A DNA stretch of 64,000 nt from NCBI RefSeq assembly GCF_009914755.1, contig NC_060925.1. The stretch is one strand, 5' to 3'. Position 1 is the stretch's first letter. Each line of letters starts with the position of its first letter. The position numbers and the translations under genes were made by a program. This document shows positions 12,931 to 24,432 of the stretch, piece by piece. The stretch is from the human T2T-CHM13v2.0 reference genome, Homo sapiens. Under the pieces are notes generated by a model. It saw nothing but the letters and a program-made list of their open reading frames with translations. It did no database searches and was not told the DNA's origin.

Positions 12931-15164
12931 GTATATATCACAAACTGGTAGCCCATTAGCTTAATTTAACCCAAAAATGTATGTGGCTTTTCAGCTTTGC
13001 CTCCTTTCTTTCCCCTTCTTTCTTTTTTCCCTCCTTTCTTCCTGCCTGCCTTCCTTTCTTTCCCTTCTTCCCTCCCTCCCTCTTTCATTCCTTTCTTTCT
13101 TCTTTGTCTCTCTTTCTTTTATCCAATCTTTACATTTCTTTTAGTTAATAATGGTGATAATCATTGTGTTATTTGCTAAGCCAGCTATACCTGTTGCCTT
13201 TGTTTGGGGGTAGGTCCATGTACTAGGTTAGCCATTGCATTGTGAGCAGAAGTGTTATGTCACTACTGGGTCAGCAGTTAATTGCTATAGCAAGACCTTC
13301 CTGACCTCTCTCTTCTCCTTGTGTTGTGGTGGCCAGCAACACTGAATACTGACTGTACAGTCAGCCTAGAGCCTTGAGAGACTAATCAGCAGAACCTCTC
13401 TGTTAGCCTTTAGTTGGCACTTGGCATTAATGAAAAATAAACCTTTGTGGTTTAAAACCACTAAGATTTGCCCCTACAGCGTAATCTAGATTTTCCTGAT
13501 TGAAACAGTTCCCTACATTTAAAAATCAAGATATTTTACATAAAAGTCTAAATTGTAATCATAAAAATCAAAATATCTGGCTATGGTGACCTAAATTTTT
13601 TAATGATAGCAATTGACTAAAGGTGACTCGGAATTTGCCCCCTTTACACTAGACTTACGCTTCTCAGTTCACCACAGTCTCCTTGATATTTGCAGCCCCT
13701 AATACAGAGTGTGGGAAGCAATATGTTCTGTGTTTAAGTGGCCTGATTTGCTTATTGTTTATTGTTTAAAATTAGCATTTTCAGTCTTATAGGTAGGTTC
13801 TGTAAAAATGCAAAATAAAATAGAAGTTACTACCTGAATTTCAGAGGAACTATTAATAATTCAGCTAATGAGTTCAACAGGGAGATAAGCAGGCTAAGTG
13901 ACATTTTTTGATGGTGTGAATAAAGATCAGAGCCAAGAATGTGTTCCTGTTGCAAGATACAGGATACTTTGTGTTTCTGGCTAAAGTCAACAATAACATT
14001 TGCTTTTGATAGTACTTCAGTCTTTTAAAAAATATTTTCTGTACATATCTCATTTAATTCTTACACCAACTTCATGCATTAAGTAGAGCAGGTTAATTTT
14101 CAACCAGCTTGATAGATGAGGAAACTAAGGTATTGAATAAATAATTGACTTACCTGAGGTCACTGAGCTGGGCAGAAGCAAAGCTGGAATTGTGACTCTA
14201 GAGCTTTTAACTATACTTTGGGAAATTCAAATAATAAGCTTGTTTTGCTTCAAAAGTCAATATGCCAAATTTGAAAGTCCCATTTGAGTTGTTCATTTAC
14301 AAGAACTGATAACTTCACTTCCCAGGCATTTAAGAGAGAATGCTATTTATAGATCTTATGAAATATAGTATGAATGTGAGTCAGATTCTCCAATTGTCTG
14401 CCCTAAGATGTTAACACTGGCATGGACAGTCCAAAAAGTATAATAGAAGTGTTATTATTTATAACTTTAAAGATATTTCCCCCCAGTTGTTTTATCTTCT
14501 ATTGCTTTACTGAGGCTACTATTAAAATCAGTTTGAATGCATTGATTAGAGCCTGACTAGGCTTCGGGGAGTACAACCTTGGATTGTTCTGTAGGATGAA
14601 AGACAACAATTTAAGGTTAACTAGCATTCCTAGAAATAAGAGACTTCACTCAATTACATGCCTGTTATAGCATCTGAATATGTATCACATATGTACCAAA
14701 TTGCCCTAAAAGCTGTTAAAATTTAAGAGAGGGTAATCCCATTTGAAAATGCAACCACCATTTTGTTTCAGTAGAGCAGACAGAACCATAAATCAAATTT
14801 AAAACCAGATAATTCAGTCACCTCCCTGATTTGGTCAAAATTAGTTGCTTTCTTTTGACAACTATGAAATCAAGTTGAAAAAGAAACTTCACTTTGTGAC
14901 CTAAGGCCTAACTCACTGATGGACTTTCTCTGAAGATAAATTAAGAGATGGGGCAGTTTCTGTTAAATATTAACATTATGATCTGAAAACTATTGAAACT
15001 CTACAGGAAGATGGCTGTTTTTCCCCTAGACTTTCAAGATAGAGAATGGGGTAGGAGAACCACTAGAATTATCAACGTTTAATGTTAATTTTTTATTTTC
15101 TTAGAGGAATTATAATTATTTGCTGCCCACACAAAGGAATTTTCCTCTATTTTCTTTTACATAG

Positions 15165-15522
15165 ATCCATTTGAACCACAGCGACGTCTCCCCGCGAAGA
15201 AAAGTCGACAACAACTTCAGCGAGAAAAAGCCCTTGTAGAGCAAAGCCAAAAACTTGGGCTTCAAGATGGATCAACCTCATTACTTCCAGAGCAGCTGCT
15301 TTCAGCACCAAAACAGAGAGTTAACGTTCAAAAACCACCTTTTTCTTCCCCTACTCTTCCGAGTCATTTCACTCTCACCTCCCCCGTTGGTGATGGACAA
15401 CCACAGGGCATTGAAAGTCAGCCAAAGGAACTGGGACTTGAGAATTCCCATGATGGTCACAACAATGTTGAGATTCTACCTCCAAAGCCAGATTGCAAAT
15501 TGGAGAAAAAGAAAGTGGAATT
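15165..15522 (+). CDS. GORAB: GORAB coding exon 2 (358 nt)
   Basis: Acceptor tttcttttacatag|ATCCATTT. Open frame [27 protein letters not shown]...[13 protein letters not shown]. Donor TT|gttagt keeps frame with exon 3. Confidence 0.95.
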
Positions 15523-15912
15523 GTTAGTAAGTCTATGTGAAAAGTCCATGAGACTTTTCATTTAACCCGTTTTTTCCCAATGGGCTTTAAGGAAATATAA
15601 TTTGTTTATTTTAACATTTTCTCTCCTTTATATTCATTCAATCATAGGAATGTGATGTATAAACTATTGAAAAATAGCTACTGCCTAAATATAAGCTGGA
15701 CACAGGCATTCTGTATGTTTTATGTTCTTTAGTCTTCATAACAGCCTTACAATGCATGTTTATTATTTAAACTTTATACATGAGGTATCTGGGACTCAGA
15801 AAAGATGATACCTTTCTAAAGCTAATACACTGCTAGTAAATAGTAGAGATTTACAGATAAGTCTGTCTGGATCCAAAGTTTATGCCTTTTACACTGAGCA
15901 GAAGCAGTTCTT

Positions 15913-15993
15913 TTTTTCTTTCTTTTTTTTTTTTTTTTGAGATGGAGTCTCGCTCTGTTGCCCAGGCTGGAGTGCAATGGCGCAATCACAGCT
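15913..15993 (-). mobile_element. Severely 5'-truncated Alu with 14-bp TSD
   Basis: Poly(T) plus ~55 nt of Alu 3' end; TSD CAGAAGCAGTTCTT at 15899-15912 and 15994-16007. Confidence 0.85.
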
Positions 15994-16875
15994 CAGAAGC
16001 AGTTCTTATATGCATAGTGCCTCTGCCCAAATTGACCCCTTTTTTCAACTTCCAGACTATTTCCATTGGCCCAGAAATTGGAACTTGTGGAGAGACGTGA
16101 AGGGATGGTCAAAGGAGAGAGTGTAGGAAATTTAGGGGACTAATGATATAACTCAGTTCATCATTAGATTTCTTTTTATTTATTCTTTACTGTCTTTGTA
16201 TTAGAAACAACCTTCATAATTTAGCTACACTGTTCTTGTGGAAGATGCCATTTTTTGATTTGCAAATTCTTAGAATTTTTTATTTGATAGCTTGTGTTTT
16301 AATATATACTCTTATTTCTTTGTTTGCTCCTGATTTATCTCTCACAGAGAAGGAATGACATTTTTCTGTTTTCTCTTTTCTGAGTTCTTTTCAAAGTATC
16401 TTTTTTTTTTTCTAATCTCTGACATCTTTTTAATCTCTGCTGATCCAGATTCTATCCTGTGAATTTAAAATGTTTCCTGTCCACTAGGGGTTTACAACTA
16501 AGAAATCATTTTGACAAGAGTTATAAAACCACATGAATTATGAAACCTATATTGAACAAGTGCATACATTAAAGTGTCTCTAAGTGTAGTTTACTAACAA
16601 AGGCCGGAGACAAATAGGAGGTAAGTTTACATTGAGCTGGACAATTTGGATTGGATGTTATAGGGAAACTTATTCTTTTTTTGGATACTTGGAAGAATTT
16701 TCATAAAAGACCTGTAACCTCAAACCATTCACGTAAAGGAGAAATTTTGAGGTTTTAAGGAGGAGAAAGGAAAGCTGTGTCCTAGAGAATGTTCAGAGAT
16801 GATACCTCATTTCTCTGGGAGAGGTGGCAAAGGATAAGCCAGAGAACAGTAGAGAATTAAAGAAATGAGGAAGGA

Positions 16876-17199
<324 letters not shown>

Positions 17200-17786
17200 T
17201 CAGAAGCAGAAGCAGGGGATGAATAAGTAGAGAATTAAAGAAATGAGAAAGGATCGGAAGCAGGGGATGCCTTCCTTCCTAGCAAGTTCACTAATGCAGC
17301 AAGTTACCGTGAAGCTCTCTGAGGGCTAAAGGCCGCAATCAAAATAAAGGTTAGAGAAATCCCAGGTGTCAATATTGTAGATCATATGCAAGAGAGTGCA
17401 TAGTGAGCTGTGGAACTAAGGCGCCTGTTGAGGAGATGCCTGCAGTAGTAAAAGTGAGAAATGACCAGTCCCAGCACTAAGGTGGAAGGTGTAGAAATGG
17501 AGAGAGAAGGACAATTTTGGAAGGGGCTACTAGATTTGGGAATAGAGGTATGTGATATAATGGCTGTAAGAAGTGACAGTAATAGGAATAAATAGCTTTG
17601 CCAATACCTTGTTTAATTTGAGTTGACATCAAGCTCATGACTTTATGGGAAATTTTAATGTATTTATTTTAGAATTGGACAGATTGTAAGACAATACATG
17701 TTTTCACATCTTTGAATTTTTTTCTTTAGCCCAGCATTCCAGTCTTAGCTCTTAGTGTTTTACTTTGTTTAAAAATGTCCAAGTTG

Positions 17787-17934
17787 GGCTGGGCACAGTG
17801 GCTCACACCTGTAATCCCAGCACTTAGGGAGGCAGAGGCGGGAGGATAGCTTGAGCCTAGGAGTTCGAGACCTGACTGGGTAATATAGCGACACCCTGTT
17901 CTCCACAAAAAGGAAAAAAGAAAGACAAAAAAAA
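17787..17934 (+). pseudogene. BC200 (BCYRN1)-derived retrocopy (Alu-monomer domain + A-rich domain)
   Basis: BC200-type features rather than FLAM-C: AGGGAGG..AGAGGCGGGAGGATAGCTTGAGCC, GAGACCTG.CTGGG.AATATAGCGA, GTTCTCCA.AAAAAGGAAAAAA...AGACAAAAAAAA. Lacks the unique C-rich 3' domain. Confidence 0.8.
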
Positions 17935-18446
17935 GTCTTAAGAGTTGGGAAAAAGTGAGCAAATTGAAAGAAAATATTAATATATGAAATAAACATTGGT
18001 TATTGTCTGAAACATGTTAAGGTGGTGGAGACTTTATAGAAAACTCTAAAAGGTATAAATAATATGACATCAGCTACAAACCAATTTTTATTAATCTCCA
18101 TTCTGCATATAATACATAATTAACTTACACAAATTTCTTTGTACTCCTAAACACATGCCACAGTATTCTGGCTTCCAGTTTGTGGATTCCTAGATTATAT
18201 ATATAATGGATTTCAGAGGTCCAATTTATGTAAGCCTCTTTACTTTAGATCGTAGTCTTTGTTCCCATTAGAGCAAAATAATGAACTGCAGATGGGTTTC
18301 TTTTAAGAGGACTTTTGAAAGAACATATACATAAATCTTCTTGATTAAATTTTATACTTAGAGGACTGAGACTGGTAAGGTGTTGGATAGGGTAGCAGTT
18401 TCTTTTTCTTTCATAAACTCATTTTTATGCTTTTTTTGCCCCCTAG

Positions 18447-18548
18447 GCAAGAAAAATCTCGTTGGGAAGTCCTCCAACAAGAACAACGGCTAATGGAAGA
18501 GAAAAATAAACGTAAAAAAGCTCTTTTGGCTAAAGCTATTGCAGAAAG
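18447..18548 (+). CDS. GORAB: GORAB coding exon 3 (102 nt, coiled coil)
   Basis: Acceptor tttttttgccccctag|G; encodes (L)[33 protein letters not shown](R); donor AAG|gtgagg. Confidence 0.96.
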
Positions 18549-20660
18549 GTGAGGCACCTGAACCAGGAGAGGCTGTTTGTAACCTGTAACCAGTTGTGTC
18601 ATGTGTTATATTTGTTTTCCCATGTCTCTTTTAATAAACTGATATTTTTTCTTCAACCATTACTTTTAAGACTAACTAAACAAATTATGCTTTATAAGTG
18701 ATACTGAAATACTAGTTATAATTTATTAAAGAGAACTTTTTAAGCATAGAGCATATTAAATTTGTAAATATAGTTGCAGTTTTAAAGACCTTCATTAGTG
18801 CTCCCAGTTTTAACCATCTACACATTCATAAGGGAAGCAGTAAATAGCTATCAGTATATGTAAATTAGCAACAAATGCAAGTTTTAATTTTTATGTGGGG
18901 AGGCCTTAATCATTTGATGTGTAGAGGAATAAGGTTTTCTACATAAGTGACATACTCCCATGAATCTTAATTGGATTTCCTATGGGCATTTTTCTTAAAT
19001 AATTTGCCCCGCCTCCACAAGTAGAAGATACATGATATAGTTTAACTTTTTATTGATGACTCAGGGTCATTATTATGAGCACTGTGTGAGACTCAATTTT
19101 TCTTTCACCTTCCAGTGTCTATCAGCAGCCCCTTCACATTTACTGCATTGTACCAGCCGCACACAACAACATTCCCATTGGAATCATTCTTCCCATCCCC
19201 CACCACTCTTGCTGAGTTTGTAGTTTCTGTCTAATCTCCTGTGGCCTTAGGAAACTAAACTTAGTCAATATATCCATGGTTGTGAATAGTGAAAACTAAA
19301 TGCAAGGAAGTACATTTTCTTTTTAGACTTCCAGAAAAGTCTGTCAAACTGTTACTGCTTGAAGCTAGAGTATGTGTAGGGGCAGGAGAAGAGGGAAGAA
19401 GGTGATGGGTATAAGAGTAGTTCAGAATTTTGTCTGCCAGAGGAGTGAGTGTAGTTGAGAAATGGTGATTTTTCTTTTTCTACTACTGGTACACCTTGAT
19501 CTTTCTTGAAGCATAGGAAATAATGCAACTCACTGAGTTACTATGTTTCAAAGGAAAAAACCAGCAGATAAAAGAGTAGTGCCCTCTTTTTTTTTTTTTT
19601 TGGTAAGTGATTATTTAAAAATAATTAAAGCATTTTAGTAGTCTTCAATTTCTAAGAGATGGGAAGGCTGTTTTCTGTGGTTTTACAAAAAGATGTACAG
19701 GCTCAGCAGTTCTTCTCATAAGTGCTTTTGATTTTAGACAGCACCAGTATAAACAGAAGTGTAAGGAAATACAACGTTTGAACTATTAATAAATGGACAA
19801 TGAAGTACTTGACGTAAAAGAATCATACTGTTAAGTGAAGTTTTGTAGGCAGAAAGGAAGGGTAAATGCCTAAGAGTAGAAATCAAGAGAATGTGCTATG
19901 TAACATGGTGGATTTATGTGGGGATTTTTCTTCTTCCTTCACAATGTGTGTGAAAATTTGAAATGAGTGAAATCATGATTAAAGGGTTGCTTTTTTATTT
20001 GTTTGTTCCCTTTCTTAAGTATATATTGTACTTGGGAGAGGGGATTGAGAAATTATGAGGTTGGATGTGCTTTTAAATAAGGAAAATGAGTGTTTTGATG
20101 TTCAGCTCCATAAAGAATTTTCGTAACTAGTAGTTTTCCTAGAGAACAAGAATCAAAGCAATAAAAGTTTGGGGAAATGGGTCCCAAGAAAGTTAAAACT
20201 AAGTGGATGTTCTCAGATATATAAAGAGGTGTGGTTTAGTATAGACATCTATCTGTTCTTAATGTCAGGTAAGTATCAGACAAATGAAAATGGGCTTAGC
20301 AAGAGGAAGAATTAAAGACTAGAAATTTGGAAAGCTCTGTTGAATGTTTCAATGTAAAGGGAACACAGATATATTCTTTTAGTGTTTGTTCTCTTTACAG
20401 AATGAATATCAATCTAAAATGAACTATTTGCTGAGTTTTTTTAGACTTATTTGTTACTTTATGAAACATGCAAATATAAAATTTCAAAAACTCAAATGTT
20501 AACCAGCTTTTACTTTATTTCAATTTTTCTGATTTTTTTCTAACTTTTAAAATATAAATTATAAATGTATATGCAGTATCTTGCTTTTTCACTTACATTG
20601 TATATGGACACATGGTTTTAAAATGTTCTTATTTTCCCACTCACATACCTGATTTTCTAG

Positions 20661-20801
20661 ATCCAAAAGAACTCAGGCAGAGACCATGAAACTAAAGCGG
20701 ATCCAGAAGGAGTTGCAGGCTTTAGATGACATGGTGTCAGCTGACATTGGAATTCTCAGGAACCGGATTGATCAGGCCAGCTTAGACTATTCATACGCTC
20801 G
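20661..20801 (+). CDS. GORAB: GORAB coding exon 4 (141 nt, coiled coil)
   Basis: Acceptor gattttctag|A; encodes [46 protein letters not shown](R); donor TCG|gtgagt. Confidence 0.96.
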
Positions 20802-22064
20802 GTGAGTTGGGGAAATTGAATCTGAACAAGGAGTATGATTTAATTAATGTTTATTGCCAGCTGTTCCAGGGGCTTTTATGTATATCATCATTGAAGCCTC
20901 AAAACAACCCCATTCAGTGCTGTATTTATTCTTCTTTTGTGCTAATTCAAGTGTCTCCTCTTCAGTGAAGTCTTCCTTAACTCTGCCCTACTAGTTAACC
21001 TTGTTCGTGTGCCATTAGAGCAGTTCTTGCATTATTTATTTACATTTTAGTCTTTGCTGCGAAACCCTCAGCTATTTAATGTTTGGAAGTGTTTTTGCTC
21101 ATCTTTCAGCATCTAGCAAAGTAAATATCTGAGTGGTTTCGCCAAAACTGTTACTCTGACACCAAGTCTGTGTTCTTTCCATTAAAATTTTTGATATCTG
21201 ATATAGTCCTATAGGATTGAAGTCTAGTCCTCACTTTAGCTTTCATCAGAGTAAGAGGATCTAGTTTAGTTTTTAAAAGCTTATGAATATTTTAAGCATA
21301 TCCTCTGTCTTGGAAATTTGAAATATTTTCTCTTTTTTTTTCCTTTCAATTATACTCTGTATGAAATGGTTTAATATATGTTTCCTTGGTTTCAACCATT
21401 GGCATTTTTTAAAAGAGAAAAAATACCATGGAGTATTTTTAAAATGAACTAACACATGTAATGAATTACATGGACTTTGCAGACAGATAAAAGGGCAAAA
21501 AAATATGTCCAATTTCAGGGTTTTCAGCCCTTTCAACATTGCTTTAATCATCCTGGTTTGTCTTTTTTCACAAGGGAATGCTGTGTTAATGACTCAGTTT
21601 TCTATCTTACTCTGTTACACTAGAAATGAATCAGAATGCCTCATTAGGCCAGGGTAAACCACAACATCAGAATGTTTATATAACAATTTATTAAAGCGGA
21701 AATGCTTGATTGTGGTTTTTAATAAACTGTTGAGTGTTTAAGAAAGAGTCTTGTGGTTGTCCTTGTGACTTTTGTAATTGTTGTTGGACCATATGCTATT
21801 AGACTTAGAGTTGTCTTTATTAATTAACTACTTAAAAGAATGCCATCAGTAGCTGATAACCAGAGGTTCCAGGTTTCCATTAATAAGGTCATTAAGGGAG
21901 ATAACAGAGATTTTATTTAAGATTAAACTAAGCCTTGATTTGTAGCACATTTTATTCTCTGTAACATAAGTTTGCCAGAGGAACATTTTTATGCCTTTGT
22001 AGCCTTTTATATGAATAATTCATATTATAAGGTAGAAGTACTAGGTACCTCAGTTGAAATTTGA

Positions 22065-22377
<313 letters not shown>

Positions 22378-22632
22378 TTAATTTTGTCCTAGTGGAAACT
22401 GGAGAAAGACGCTTTTTCATATTCAGTATTATATAAGAAATGTCATAGTTTTAGCCTTCTAAGAACCACAACAAAGAAGGTGGGATTACTAAAGGAAAAA
22501 ACATCCTATAGTCTATAAGTATCCTAAATGAAATTTTAGTAAATTTTTAAATCTTTAGTAAGTTACAGATGACAGTTTCTCATGGTACTAATATTGATGT
22601 AGTTGAATGTAAGTAGATGTTGTGTGCCACTA

Positions 22633-23007
<375 letters not shown>

Positions 23008-23353
23008 TAGAACCGTAGTGTGTCTTGTTCATGCGTAAGATTAAGGTATTATTTTCTAAACTTGCATTTGTGGTTATTGAGAAATTACAGATCGGTAAAA
23101 TAATATTATGGTCCAGATTTGAAGTGAAAGATAATCCCTAGGACAGTCAGTTTTTATGGGAGATTTCCTTGTTTTTTCTTTTTTTAATAAAAATGATATC
23201 TTAGTTCTATAGTATTTGGTACAGTGCTATGTCCACAAAAGGTTCTTGGATAGTGAATAGGCCAGAACTTGCTTTAAAATTGGCTTCTGTAGAGCAGTGT
23301 TTGGATAGACACCTCTGAGAAGACTAGCACTTTGAGCCAATTTGAGAGAGTTG

Positions 23354-23416
23354 CTGCTGCTGCTGCTGCTACTGCTGCTACTGCTGCTACTGCTGCTACT
23401 GCTACTACTGCTACTG
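23354..23416 (+). repeat. Interrupted CTG/CTA trinucleotide repeat (21 units)
   Basis: (CTG)5 CTA [(CTG)2 CTA]3 CTG (CTA)2 CTG CTA CTG, read directly. Confidence 0.95.
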
Positions 23417-23966
23417 TTCACCACTGGGATTACAATGTTGCCATATGCTGTGCAGACCAGTTTATAAAATCCAGAGTGGCTGCATGTAGAACATTTTTTT
23501 AAATCACTATTGACCATCTAGGTTTCATAGACACCCTCATACATGCAAACATACACCCACAGACGAATATTTTTAAATCACTTTATGAGTAATTTTTAAA
23601 AGTAAGATTAAAAGGGATTGTGTAAAACAACTTTAAAATTTTAATAAGAATGTAAGCATGGTAACCATCTTTGTATCAAGTAATGTTTGACTCACAAACA
23701 TAAAAAGCTGAGAGAGTATAGTTACATCCTTGTAGCAACACAAGATAGTCTAGATACTTGTAAAATATTGGGTGTATGTTCTCCCTGCTGAAATGATTAA
23801 CTCTATGATAAAATCATTTTTCCTTTCTATGCTTAGAAATATATTTTTTACTGACTGATTCTTAAGTTTGAGAAAATTCACCTAGGATATGTTTTGCTGA
23901 AGACTCATCTGAGATTTCACATATGATCGATTTTATCATCTAGACTCTAGAATGTGTCTCTGCATT

Positions 23967-24432
23967 TGTATTAGTTTCCTAAGACTACCGTAAGAAGTAA
24001 TCCAAACTGGGTGACTTAAAACAACAGAAATTACTTCTCTTTCATTTCTGGAGGCCACATATCCAAAATCAAGGTGTCAGATTTGTGATTTCTTCAGAGA
24101 CTCTAGGTATCCATTTCTTGCCTCTTCCAGCTTCTGGTGGCTGTGGGCATCCCTTGGCTTGTGGCCACGCCATGCCATTCTGTGCCTCCATAGTTATGTT
24201 GCTTTTTCTTCTCTCTCTAAACTTCCTCTGCCTTTCTCTTAAAAAGATGCATGTGATTACACTTAGGGTCCAGCTGGATAATCTGGAATAAACTCCTCTC
24301 AAAACCTTTATCTTAATCACATCTTTTTCCATATAAGATAATTTTCACTCATTTGTCATAGAAAGTAATATTCACAGGTCCCAGGAATTAGAAAGTGAAT
24401 ATCTTTGGGAGGCCATTTTTTAGCCTACCACA
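23967..24432 (-). mobile_element. MaLR solo LTR (MLT1C-like)
   Basis: tgtattagtttcct...acttaaaacaacagaaatt...gcctaccaca; 5-bp TSD gcatt/ccatt. Confidence 0.8.

Noticed and set aside
15255-15527. 90-aa [14 protein letters not shown]... within exon 2
   Set aside because: Alternative frame of GORAB exon 2; no independent support.
23227-23517. Poly-Ser ORF on the - strand
   Set aside because: Produced by the CTG/CTA repeat.
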